Positions 156,290-172,400 of a stretch of DNA of 248,000 nucleotides are shown here, piece after piece (positions within the stretch are counted from its first letter, which is position 1; each line of letters begins with the position of its first letter). Source of the DNA: Octopus vulgaris (taxonomy: Eukaryota); assembly GCA_951406725.2 (NCBI GenBank), contig OX597815.1, positions 189,740,001 through 189,988,000 of the forward strand, written 5' to 3'. The notes beneath the pieces are model-generated. The model was not told where the DNA came from. It searched no databases and saw only the letters and a list, made by a program, of their open reading frames with translations. Made by a program: the position numbers and the translations under genes.

Positions 156290-156671
156290 TTATTCAGTTT
156301 TATTTCAAGATTTCTTGCCAATAGAGAAAGAACAAGTTTCTAACCTAAATCCAGGGCTCCTTCATTGGAATTTCAACATCAACAACAGGGTATTTTTGTT
156401 TGTATGCATGTTTTCCTTTATGTATGTATTCTCATGCATATAGTTGCATATGTAGACATGCTCATATATATTTAAACGATAAATTTCTGGAAAGCTTTAC
156501 AGATTTTTACAGTTCCAGTGATGGATTGGATCAGTAATCTTCGAATTAGCTTTTTCCTTCCTGGTTTTCAGAAGCCTAATTTCTCAAGATTGGTATTTAG
156601 GCAGTGTGTTACATTTCCCAGAGCCCCCATAATTACAGTTATAAACCTGAACTTGTAATCTGGATAGAGCA
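156290..156671 (-). mobile_element. Second 3' end of the same R4/Dong-type family
   Basis: Reverse complement matches 229600-229998 (end of the RLE domain and 3' UTR). Confidence 0.8.
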
Positions 156672-158069
156672 AAATATATGTATGTTTGTATATGTGTATG
156701 TATGTGTATGTGGAGTGAAGGCACATGGTTTAGTGGTTAGGGCATTCTGCTCACGATTGTAAGGTCTTGAGTTCAATTCCTGGCAATGCGTTGTGTCCTT
156801 AAGCAAGAAACTTTATTTCACATTGCTCCAGTCCACTCAGCTGGCAAAAATGAATTGTACCTCTAATTCAAAGGGCCAGCATTGTCACACACTGTGTCAT
156901 GCTGAATCTCCCTGAGAACTTCATTAAGGGTCCAAGTGTCCGTGGAGTGCTCAACCACTTGCCCGTTAATTTCATGAGCATGCTATTCCATTGATTGTAT
157001 CAGCTGGGACCCTTGTTGTCATAACCAACAGAGTGCTCCTGTGTATGTTTGTGTGTGTTTGTTTTTGTCCTCACCACTGCTTGACAAACATTTGAGTTTA
157101 TTTATGTGCCTATAACTTACCAATTCAATTAAGTGACTGATAGTTTTGGGGACAAAATAAGTACTGGGGTTGATTTATCCTATCAAACCATTTAAAGTGG
157201 TGTTCCAGTATGGCCACAGTCCAATGATTGGAACAATTAAAACGTTAACCAATTAACATTATTTACATTTTTTACAATTGACGGATATTTGTCTTCATCT
157301 TGTTTGTTGTTAACACAACGTTTCAGCTGATATACCCTCCCGCCTTCATCAGGTGTCTTGGGGAAATTTCGAACCTAGGTTCTCATTCCTAAGGTATTTT
157401 TCAATGTTGTTGTTGTTGTTATTATTATTATTATTATTATTCAAGTCACTGCCTGGAATCGAACTTGGAATCTTAGGGTTAGTAGCCCGCGCTCTTAACC
157501 ACTATGCTATATGCCCATGGGCATATGGAGTAGTTGTTAACATTGTGTTAACAACAAACAAGATGAGGACAAATATTCGTCAAATGTAAATAGTGTAAAT
157601 AATTCCTCATCTCTTAAATATAGAACTGAATGACCAATGAAAATAATACATTTTTACCCTCTTCTTTTACTCTCTAACAAAATGTTACCCACCAATTTTA
157701 ACTATGCTATTTAATATTTCCTCATACTGCACATGACATGAGTAAATATGGTCAGCCCAAGGATAAAGTAAATTGCATTTGTCCAAGGTGCTACACAGCA
157801 GGACTGAAGCTGAGATCATGTGGTTGTGAAGCAAGTTTCTTACCACACAGCCATGCCTGCACCTGGTTAGGAGGTATTGTACATTCTTAAAATAGTTATT
157901 GGCTAGAATTATCTATAATTCTCAACAAATAATTATACAATTTAAAGAAAGAAGAAAAAAATTTATCTTCACCATAGTTTCATCAATAACAGGGCAAAAA
158001 CAAATAACTAAACGCATTAACAAAAACCGAGAGCAGAGAAATAAACAAAAATATACATACATACTTATA

Positions 158070-160190
<2,121 letters not shown>

Positions 160191-160199
160191 TTGTAAAAA

Positions 160200-161839
160200 A
160201 TGAAGTTCGAAAATGCTGCTGTATTATATAATTTTTAATTTTTATATATACATTATAACATGTTTCAGTTCCTGAAATGAACCTTATCAAAAAAAGTTAT
160301 ATATAAAAAGAGACAGCTCATGCCGTCAAACACAAGAAATTCATTTATAATACACAACGGAGTCAGACATCTTAGAGTTCATGTATAGTTGATATATAGT
160401 TCATGTATAGTTGATATATAGTTTGAAGTATATTTCAAAGTGTTCGATGCAGTGGCCCACGGTGGCGATACGTATTCAATGCAAAAAACAGATCAAAGTG
160501 GTGGAAAGCGGTCAATACAGAAGATTGATGTTTCCGAAAGAGCGAGGAATTCATTTTTACCTTAAGCAATTGTGATGACCCATGGTGGAAGTTCGCTGGG
160601 TGGTTCTAGTGATTTTTTGTGAAATGCTTGGTTTTATAATGCCTGTTAGGTGGTCAATCTAGCGTAGCGTGACGTCATCAATGTTTTGACCAATCGTTTC
160701 GTTAGTTGGCTTTAATCAAGTGGAACGGGACGTCATCATTATTTTGACCAATCAGTGCATTATAACTCCCTCTTGTTTGTTTCCTGTCTTGACCAGTCGC
160801 TTCGTTAGTCAAGCATAGCGGGATGTCATTCAGATTCTGCCCAATCACGACTTATAGCTACATTAGATCTGTCCCCTGTCTGTACTTGTTAGGTGACTAT
160901 TCAAGCAGAAAAGGACGTCATCAATATTCTGACTAATGACTGTCCCCTGTTTGTATCCTGTCCATTCTAGCAGAGCTAGATGTCATCAACTTGTTGACCA
161001 ATCAGAATCGGGTCTGACCCTTAGCTGTATCGTATGTATCAGGGTCAGATTTGCACGAAAGAATTTTTTTCCTTTTTTTACTAAGGCATATTTCCGTCAG
161101 AGTGAGTGTCTGTTTGAAGTAGCGGCCGTGGTGAAATTTGGTTCTCCTTTTCGGAGGACTTATCTTTTGTTTTAGTATTCCTGGCCCAGGGTGTTTAAAC
161201 TTGGTCTAAATTTTTTTATGAAATATAGTTCTTTATTTTGGCGTTGTGTGAAGGTTGCGTTGTCACTGAATTTATAGAGCGGGTTAGTTGTAAATTTCGG
161301 ATTTACATTTCCAGCACATCTATCTATGTGTCCGCTGACCGGTATTTTGCGGTAATCAGGGTTTCTAATTTGTGATTTATGCACCGCCATCCTGTTACGT
161401 AAGCTATTTTTTGTATGGCCTATATACTGCCTATTGCAGCCTGCGCATGTTATGACGTAAATTAAGTTTTCTGATGCGCAGGTGAAGTTTGTTCTAATGG
161501 TGAACTGGTGGCCTTGTTCCAGTATAAATTCTGATCCTTCTTTCAAGATGACACAGATTCCGCAGTTGGGCCTTCCACATTTTCTAACTGCTGGTTTTGT
161601 GGTTGATGTTGAGTGCAGTGTAGCTTGGGTTAAAATCCTTTTCAAGGATTTTGGTTGCCGTTTACTTTTAATGATCGTGTGTGTTTCGAGGATCCGGTTC
161701 ATCTTTGGGTCTCCCTTTAGTAGGGCTGTGCTTTGTAGTATGGTGTTGAAGGCCTCATTGTTGAGTGGGTTGTGTGTAGAGATGTAGGGAAGGGTTTTTA
161801 ATTGTTCTTTCTTTTTTGGTTTTGTTTGTCTCAGGTCTT

Positions 161840-161840
<1 letters not shown>
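160200..161840 (-). mobile_element. Penelope-like element 3' part (GIY-YIG endonuclease and pLTR/UTR) embedded in (AT)n
   Basis: ORF 161172-161702 plus a CpG-rich downstream region; flanked on both sides by AT satellite. Confidence 0.88.
161172..161702 (-). CDS. Penelope-like GIY-YIG endonuclease fragment
   Basis: [10 protein letters not shown] linker, NLIYVITC...[28 protein letters not shown]. Confidence 0.9.
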   Translation of the reverse strand: MNRILETHTIIKSKRQPKSLKRILTQATLHSTSTTKPAVRKCGRPNCGICVILKEGSEFILEQGHQFTIRTNFTCASENLIYVITCAGCNRQYIGHTKNSLRNRMAVHKSQIRNPDYRKIPVSGHIDRCAGNVNPKFTTNPLYKFSDNATFTQRQNKELYFIKKFRPSLNTLGQEY

Positions 161841-163040
<1,200 letters not shown>

Positions 163041-163645
163041 TCATCATCATCATCGTTTAGCGTCCGTTTTCCATGCTAGCATGGGTTGGACGGTTCTACT
163101 GGGGTCTGTGAAGCCAGAAGGCTTCATCAGGCCCAGTCAAATCTGGCAGTGTTTCTACGGCTGGATGCCCTTCCTAACGCCAACCACTCCGTGAGTGTAG
163201 TGGGTGCTGTTTACGTGCCACCCGCACTGGTGCCAGACAGAGCTGGCAAACGGCCACGAACGGATGGTGCTTTTTATGTGCCACCGGCACGAGGGCCAGG
163301 CAAGGCTGGCAACGGACACGAAACGGGGCGGTGCTGGCAACGGTCGCAAAACGGAAAGTTCTCTTACATGCCACCGGCACTGGTAACACATCTGCAATTT
163401 CCATTGATCGATTTCCATTGATCGATTTCGATTCTGATCCTCACTTGCCTCAACGGGTCTTCACAAGCAGAGTTTTGACATGCCACCGGCACTGGTAGCA
163501 CATCCGCAATTTCCATTGATCGATTTCGATTCTGATCCTCACTTGCCTCAACACGTCTTCACAAGTAGAGTTTTGTGTCCCAAGAAGGGAAGGTATGCAT
163601 ACGTAGGCCGGCTCCATCCCATGTAGAAGGCCACGGGTTATGGAC

Positions 163646-165915
163646 TCACTTGTCCTGCCGGGTCTTCTCGCGCACAGCACACTTCCAGAGGTCTCGGTCT
163701 CTAGTCATTTCCTCAGTGAGACCTAAAGTTCGAAGGTCGTGCTTCACCACCTCGTCCCAGGTTTTCCTGGGTCTGCCTCTTCCACAGGTTCCCTCAACCG
163801 CTAGGGTGTGGCCCTTTTTCACACAACTATCTTCATCCATTCTCGCCACATGACCATACCAGTGCAAACGTCTCTCTTGCACACCACAACTGATGCTTCT
163901 TAGGTCCAGCTTTTCTCTCAAGGTACTTACACTCTGCCGAGTGTGAGTACCGGCATTACACATCCATCGGAGCATACTGGCTTCATTTCTAGCGAGCTTA
164001 CGCATATCCTCAGCAGTCACGGCCCATGTTTCACTGCCATGTAGCATGGCTGTTCGTACACACGCATCATACAGTCTGCCTTTCACTCTGTGCGAGAGGC
164101 CTTTTGTCACCAGCAGAGGTAAGAGCTCTCTGAACTTTGCCCAAGCTATTCTTACTCTAGCAGTTACACTTTCAGCACACCCGCCCCCGCTGCTGACTTG
164201 GTCACCTAGGTAACGGAAACTATCAACTATTTCTAGTTTTTCTCCCTGGAAAGTGACGGAAGTTGGTCTCAGAGCATTTTCAGTGTTTATTGTTCCTGAG
164301 CATCTGCCACATACAAAAACCATCTTCCTAGTTAGCCTTCCTTTGACATTGCTGCATCTCTTATGTGTCCATAGCTTACACTTGGTGCATCTTATAGAGT
164401 TTCTACCTACACCTTTTCTACAGATCGAGCAGGGCCATCTACCTGAAGGTGTTTGTGATTTGTCTACCTTCCTACTGATTACGACTTTGGTTTTAGCTAG
164501 ATTGACTCTGAGGCCCTTCGATTCTAATCCTTGTTTCCACACCTGAAACTTCTCCTCCAGTTCTGATAGCGACTCAGCAATTAGAGCAAGGTCATCAGCA
164601 TAGAGGAGCTCCCAAGGGCATCCTGTCTTGAATTCCTCCGTTATTGCCTGGAGGACTATGATAAATAGGAGGGGGCTGAGTACTGAGCCTTGGTGGACTC
164701 CTACCTCTACCCGGAATTCTTCACTGTACACATTTCCAACCCTCACCCTACTAGCGGCGTCCCTATACATGGCCCGCACAGCTCTCACTAACCATTCATC
164801 TATCCCTAGTTTCCTCATTGCCCACCAGATAAGGGATCGGGGGACCCTGTCGAAGGCTTTCTCCATGTCAACAAAAGCCAGGTACAGGGGCTTATCTTTG
164901 GCTAGGTATTTCTCCTGCAGCTGCCTTACCAGGAATATAGCATCAGTAGTACTTTTCCCTGGCACAAACCCAAACTGCATCTCATCTAAACTAACTCTCT
165001 CTCTAATTAGTTGGGCTATGACCCTCTCCGTAACCTTCATCACCTGGTCCAACAGCTTGATACCTCTGTAGTTATTTGTATCTAGGGCATCACCTTTACC
165101 TTTGTAGCAGTTGACTATTATACTGCTACACCAGTCATTGGGTATGACCCCTTTGTGTATCACCTGATTAACTATACGGGTGACTAGGCTATAGCCGACA
165201 CTACCAGACATTTTGAGCATCTCTGCAGTGATTCCTGATGGGCCTGGGGCTTTCCCTGTCTTCATGCTTCTAATTGCCTTAGCTACCACGGAACTATCAA
165301 CTCGGATAGCTGGTCCCTCTGTTGGGTCAACATTCGGCAGACTCTCTTTATCCCATTCATTTTCTTCATTCAGCAACCTTTCATAGTGGCATCTCCAAAC
165401 CTCTCTCTTTGCATCCTCATTTAGCGCAAGTGAACCATCTTCCATGCGAACACACTTCTCTCCTACCACATCACGATTCTCTCTCACACACTGTCTTGCA
165501 ACACGAAACACCTCCAGTCTTTGGTCCTCACGGCGCAGAACATTGGCAAATTTTTTCTTATCTGCTTCCCCTCTGGCTAAATAAACCTGTCTCCTAGCTT
165601 CTCTTTTGGCAGTCTGATACAATCCCCTGCTACCCCCATTTTTCCAGACCTTCCAAGCCTGTCTCTTTTCTCTAATAGCCCTGTCTACAATATTGTTCCA
165701 CCACCACGTTATTCTAGGTCGAGAGGGGACTTTGCACCAGCCACAGATCTGGTCAGTGGCTCTCAGCAGGTTGTCCCTTAGAAACGTCCAGCTGTCTTCT
165801 ACCCCCTGTGATGCTCTATCCCCTTCTACTTCGTCAGAGGCTTCAAGTAATATGTCCCTAAATCTCTGTCCATTTGCAGGATCTTTAAGCTTCCAGATCC
165901 TTCTTCTCCATATTT
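163646..165915 (-). CDS. RTE LINE reverse transcriptase (658-aa ORF-track call; frame stays open upstream to about 165915) with internal PHD-type finger
   Basis: NNYRGIKLL, FVDMEKAFDRVPR, GVHQGSVLSPLLF, LLYADDL, RGRPRKTW; C-x2-C-x10-C-x2-C-x4-H-x2-C-x14-C-x2-C at 164300-164431. Confidence 0.92.
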
Positions 165916-165916
165916 G

Positions 165917-166447
165917 TCATCTTCTGGTTGTCCTCCTAGTCCTGATCCTAAAGTCACTAACTACCAGTCTATGTTGTGGGGTACATTCTTCACCTGGGAA
166001 GGTTTTGGCATTTATAAGCAGCCATCTCTCCCTTTGCCTTGTAAGGATGTAGTCAATTTGGCTGGTATGTTGGCCCGATTGGTAAGTGACTAGGTGGCTG
166101 GTAGGTTTCCTGAAGTTAGTGTTGCAAATCATAAGATTATTTGCATCGCAGAACTCCAGCAGCCTGGTTCCCTCCTCGTTGCGGGAGCCATAGCCATAGC
166201 CTCCATGTATGCCATGGAAGCCCCCAGCATGTCGTCCAACGTGACCATTGAAGTCACCAGCCACAAAGATAAGGTCTCTGTCGTTCGTCAACGAGGTAGT
166301 CTGCAGTAGAGTGTCATAGAATCGGTCTTTCTGTCCATCGGGTAGCCCCGACTGAGGAGCATAGGCTGATATAATGGTTGCTAAACTATGATGAAGCACT
166401 AATCTAATCTTAAGTATTCTGTCACATACTCTGATTACCTCAATTAA
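165917..166447 (-). pseudogene. C-terminal half of the RTE AP endonuclease, separated from the RT frame by one frameshift near 165915
   Basis: [32 protein letters not shown]...DFNGHVG...IDYIL...HRLVVSDF; the upstream part of the ORF-track call is microsatellite. Confidence 0.9.
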
Positions 166448-166459
166448 TATATATATATC

Positions 166460-166523
<64 letters not shown>

Positions 166524-166880
166524 GATAGATATATATATATATATATGTAGATATATATATATATATATGTAGATATATATATATATATGTAGATAGATAT
166601 ATATATATATGTAGATAGATATATATATATATATGTAGATAGATATATATATATATAGATAGATATATATATATATATGTAGATAGATATATATATATGT
166701 AGATAGATATATATATATGTAGATAGATATATATATATGTAGATAGATATATATATATGTAGATAGATATATATATATATGTAGATAGATATATATATAT
166801 ATAGATATATATATGTAGATATATATATATATATAGATATATATATGTAGATATATATATATATATAGATATATATATGT

Positions 166881-166915
<35 letters not shown>

Positions 166916-167010
166916 GATAGATATATATATATATATATATGTAGATAGATAGATACATATATATGTAGAGATATATATATATATAGATAGATAGATACTC
167001 ACATACATAC
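166447..167010. repeat. (AT)n / ATATGTAG microsatellite
   Basis: Directly visible; abuts the LINE 5' truncation. Confidence 0.98.
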
Positions 167011-167691
167011 ATACATACGTACATATTATATATCCATATATAAACTCAATTAATTTGAGCAAATGCTTTGCGACAAATATTTTTGCCCAGAAATAAACAG
167101 AAATAATGCAGACAACATCCAAATAAGAATACAAACAAGCGAGCAAAATATATAATGAGACTATACAGTGGAACGGCAATCCTGCACATATAAATGTAGA
167201 CAATGTAAGACATAGCTGAATTCAAAAATATACAATATCTCGTCTCAGTTATTAACAGAGTTCAGAAAAGACAAAAATAATCAAAGAAACAAAACCAAGA
167301 TTAACTATCTTAGAAGTAATCACCGACTCGATGTTCAGCCAAAGTAAAAGAAACTATGCTTCTGATATGCTATAAATATAGCAGACATTTCCTAGACTAT
167401 GTCAATTTTGGTTCATGCCCACATTACAAACTGTGGCTTATAAATCAAAACAAACTACAAATATTTCAAAATCACACTATGAATTATGATAAGCTGTGTG
167501 TTGTACTACAGCAGACACTGACCACCAAATGCATATTATTGCAGTGTAGGAGAAAGCCTTGTCAATATATTTATTTAACCAGTCACACTTTGGGATTATT
167601 TGCTGTCAATGCAGGCCTTCCAAGTTCCCTATATTTCTGGATTATATCTTATTAAAGTTCACCTCTCTCTCTCTCTCCCTCTCCATTTCCT

Positions 167692-167722
<31 letters not shown>

Positions 167723-168398
167723 CCTGAATGACACAACAATGGACTATAATAACTGCTATAATTTAATCATCCATAGTCTGATATAATAATAATATTTCAG
167801 AATATAAAAATTCCTTCTTCAGATAAACAATGTTTCAAGTGAACTATATCTCTACGCCTGGGCTGGGCCAAGTTCGCAACTGCTTGGGAGTTTATCTGAA
167901 GAAGGAATTTTTATATTCCGAAATATCATATCAGATTATGGATGATTAAATTATAACAGCTATTATAGTCCATTGTTGTGCCATTTAAGACACATTATAT
168001 TTTTTACAAACAATACACCATGCTTCAATCAAACTACAATACTCTCCTATATATATATATATATCATCATCATCATCATCATCATTAACATCATTTAGCA
168101 TCCGCTTTCCATGCTAGCATGGGTTGGACAGTTCAACTGGGGTCTGTGCAGCCAGAAGGCTGCATCAAGCCCAGTCTGATCTGGCAGTGATGCCCTTCCT
168201 AATGCCAACCACTCCGTGAGTGTAGTGGGTGCTTTTTACGTGCCACCCGCACAGGTGCCAGACGGAGCTGGCAAACGGCCACGGACAGATGGTGCTTTTT
168301 ACGTGCCACCGGCACGGGGGCCAGGCGAGGCTGGCAACAGCCACGAACGGATGGTGCTTTTTACGTGTCACGGGCACGGAGGCCGGGTAGCACTGGCA

Positions 168399-168431
<33 letters not shown>

Positions 168432-168628
168432 CATATATATATATACACATGTAGAAGGTTGAAAGGAACACACAAGTTGGATATATATGGGAAAACAAGT
168501 CAAGACAGAAAATGGTAAAATAATTTTATAAAAACATTTCAGTACCAGTTTTAGTCATTGAGACTTTTTCAACTGTAAATATGGAAAACAATTGAATATT
168601 TTAGCATTTTCTACCTTGACTTGTTTTT

Positions 168629-168664
<36 letters not shown>

Positions 168665-168825
168665 AAATACAAAATGGGACAAGAACGCAAAACATCCAGA
168701 CAACTAGGTGATAAAAAAAGGGACAACAAAACATCCAGATAGACGATACAAAAAAACAAGGACAGGTCATTCGAAGCCTTTTATCCTCAGTCAAGAACCG
168801 GATCATCCTCGCAATTTCGGCTGTA

Positions 168826-169460
168826 TTAGTAAGTCTTAGTGAGTAGGAAGACTGTCAAATCACAAACCCTTTCAGGTAGATGGTCCTGCTCAATCTGTAG
168901 AAAAGGCATGGGTAGAAACTCCATACGATGTACCTGGTGTAAGCTATGGACACATAAAAGGTGCAGCAATATCAAAGGAAGGTTAACCAGGAAAATAGTT
169001 TTTGTGTGTGGCAGATGCACAAGGGCAATAAGCACTGAAGATGTACAGAAAACAGATTCCATTACATGCCAGGGGTGAAACTAGAAGTAGTTAATAGCTT
169101 CCATTACTTAGGCAACCAAGTCTGTAATGGGGGTGGTTGCTCTGAGAGTGTAGTAGCTTGGGCAAATTTCAGGAAGCTCCTATCTCTGCTGGCAATTAAG
169201 GGCCTCTCGCTCAGGATGAAAGGTAGACTGTATGATACATGTGTGTGAACTGCCATACTACATGGAAGTGAAACAGGGGCCATGACTACTGAGGTCATGC
169301 GTAGGCTTGAAAGAAACAAAACTAGTATGATCAGCTGGATGTGTAATGTCAGTGTGCAGACATGATAGAGTGTAAGCACCCTCAGAGAAAAGTTGGACCT
169401 AAGAAGCATCAGATGTAGTATGCAAGGAGGATGGCTGCACTGGTGTGGTCATGTGTTATG
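168826..169460 (+). pseudogene. Degenerate fragment of the same RTE family (PHD finger and RT thumb)
   Basis: GRWSCSICRKGMGRNSIRCTWCKLWTHKRCS and KLEVVNSFHYLGNQV, with frameshifts. Confidence 0.85.
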
Positions 169461-172400
169461 TATCAATTGTTGATAATAAAGTAATATGTAGTCAGACACA
169501 GTACACTGCCAAAAACAGGTTACGGAATTGTGTTGTGAATTTTCTTCTGATGGTCCATGTGACTTTGCAGCGAGCTGGCAGAAATGTTAGCACGCCGGGC
169601 AAAATGCTTAGTGGTATTTTGTCTGCCATTACGTTCTGAGTTCAAATTCTGCCGAGGTTGACTTTGCCTTTCATCCTTTCAGGGTCGATAAACTAAGTAC
169701 CAATTATGCACTGGGGCCGATGTAATCGACTTAATCCGTTTGTCTGTCCTTGTTAGTCCCCTCTGTGTTTAGCCCCTTGTGGGTAGTAAAGAAATATATA
169801 TTTTCATTGGAGGCTAACACACATCCATTTGCAATAAAGGTGAATGTTTATATTTGTGTTTCTCATACTTAAGTCAAACATTTCGGCTGAATAAAATGAT
169901 TGATTCTCAGCAACTATTTTTCATCACCGCATTCAGCTAACTGTCCCCACCCTCATCTTGTTGCCCAATGCACTTTTAACACAGCCATTCCTGCTCTCCA
170001 AAAAACATATAATCTGGATTCTCCATAAGCAAATATCTATTATTGGTTAAACATAAGGATACTGTAATAACCATGTATTGATCTCCTATTTCCAATACAA
170101 AAATATACAATATTGCAAAAACTAATAAGAACAAGAGGACTCAGAGAGTGCAAACCTCCACCAAGGCAACACCAACGTCCTTTCAACGATTAGCTAGAGA
170201 TGATTTTTAAAATGAGAATATCTGAAATAAACTCGACTGCTCTCATGAATGAGAATACTAAAAATTAATCCAACTGCTCTCAAAAATTAAGGAGAAAAAA
170301 ACAGAAAAATGATCCAGAATCCTTGTCTGGTGCTGGATCGATCCCAAAATCTAATCAGCTCGTGCCAGTCACGAGGCTAAACATCCCTGAAAGTTTCATC
170401 CAAATCCATCCAGCGGTTCTTGAGATATCTCGTCCACTGTCAAACAAACAAACATGACTGAAACAATACCTCCACCTTCGATAAGGTGGAAGTAATAATT
170501 ATTTCAAACTTTGCCTCAAGGTTAGCAAGTCTGGGGGAAAGGGGACAGTTGATTACATCGATTCTTGTACTCAGCTGATAGTTCTATCGACCTCTAAAAT
170601 TATGAAATACCCAATGGAAACTGAATTCATAATTTAAAGCCAGAAGTGCAGGTAAGCATTTTGGCAAGCATATTAACGACTGCCAGTTCACTGTCTTAAT
170701 TAAAATAAAACTATTTAATTTGAAATACTTTTCGCTTTCCTAAGTCTTCAATCTCCCATTAAGTTATTAACATTCTATTATAAACAGTGATGATTCTCAG
170801 TAATCCAACACAAGACTAAATCAACTGTTACAATCTTGTCTCTCACTTTGCTTAAATACTAAGAAAATACACTACATTTTCAGTCAAACTATACCACTAG
170901 GTATGTACAATGGAATCCAAGACTGAAATATGGTATGTCAGGTGGATATACCATATTTTGAAGCATTCATTAGTCCTCTCCTTCAATTATTCTGAATTCT
171001 TCATTTTGCGGTCATTTTGCCATGTCTCTCTCTCTCTTTGAGTTAAACTGATGCTGTTGGAATACCAAAAAATATAAAAACCAAGTTGGTGTTAATATTG
171101 CTCTCTTTACTCTTTTACTTGTTTCAGTCATTTGACTGTGGCCATGCTGGAGCAGTGCCTTTAGTCAAGCAAATAGCCCCTCAGGACTTATTCTATTGGT
171201 CTCTTTTGCCAAACCGCTAAGTTACGGGGACGTAAACACACCAGCATCAGTTGACAAGCGATGTTGGGGGGAGGGAACACAGACACACAAACACATACAT
171301 ACATACACACATACATACATACACACATACATACATACACACACTCATACATATATATATATATATGTGACCGCGTGTGTACCGTTGGCGATTTTTTTTC
171401 CTCTGTCTTCCCTTCTCTGGATCATTCCTTTTCCTATGTTTCCGAGGAAGAGCTCCGCTTGAAACGTTAAACTCTCCTTCTTGCTTTCTTTCCTGAGCGT
171501 CCAATAATACTATTTGTTCCACGTCCTTGCGTTGTTGTGTTTTTTGTGCTTTCTTGTTTGGATTAACTTTATATATATATATATATATATTGTTTTGGGA
171601 TTTGGTTTGCAAGATTCTTTATATGTTAAATAATAAGGCACTAAAAGAGAATGACTCTCCCCAGACACAACAGAATATATATATATATATATGACGGGCT
171701 TCTTTCAGTTTCTGTCTACCAAATCCACTCACAAGGCTTTGGTCGGTCTGAGGCTATAGCAGAAGACACTTGCCCAAGGTGCCATGCAGTGGAACTGAAC
171801 CCGGAACCATGTGGTTCATAAGCAAGCTACTTCCTACACAGCCACTCCTACGCCTATATTTGTTATATTTACTTTACAATGTTACGTTCTTTGATTATCT
171901 CCCTTGAAAACACGTTCATGGTTTTCACATAACCTATGGTGGCGTTGCTGTTTCCAAAGTTTTATTTCCGTTTCTCTATTAGTAATTTTACTTGCATATC
172001 TATCTTCCTAGAAACTGATGGATAAAGAGATCAAACTCCATAAATAAACAGCAGCGAAACAGTTCAGAAATTAAATGACACTAACAGCACCATCCGAACG
172101 TGGCCGATGCCAGCGCCGCCCCGACTGGCTCCTGTGCCGGTGGCACATAAAAAGACCATCCGAACGTTGCCAGCACCGCCTTGGCTGGCTTCCGTGCCGC
172201 TGGCACGTTAAAAGCTCCAACCGATCGTGACCGATGCCGGACCCCACCCTGGTACCTGTGCAGGTAGCACGTAAAAAGCACCCACTACACTCGCGGAGTG
172301 GTTGGTGTTAGGAAGGGCATCCAGCCGTAGAAACTCTGCCAGATCAGACTGGAGCCTGGAGCAGCCCCTGGCTTCCCAGACCCCGGTCGAACCGTCCAAC

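Larger units (their letters stand above)
163041..166447 (-). mobile_element. RTE-clade LINE, 5'-truncated inside the AP endonuclease, with complete RT, 3' UTR and (GAT)n tail
   Basis: EN motifs ([33 protein letters not shown]) followed by RT motifs; 3' UTR 163041-163645 ends in CGATGATGATGA; both flanks are (AT)n/ATATGTAG satellite. Confidence 0.95.

Noticed and set aside
165917-167203. 428-aa ORF as a single gene
   Set aside because: Only the last about 175 aa are LINE endonuclease; the rest is microsatellite and flank.
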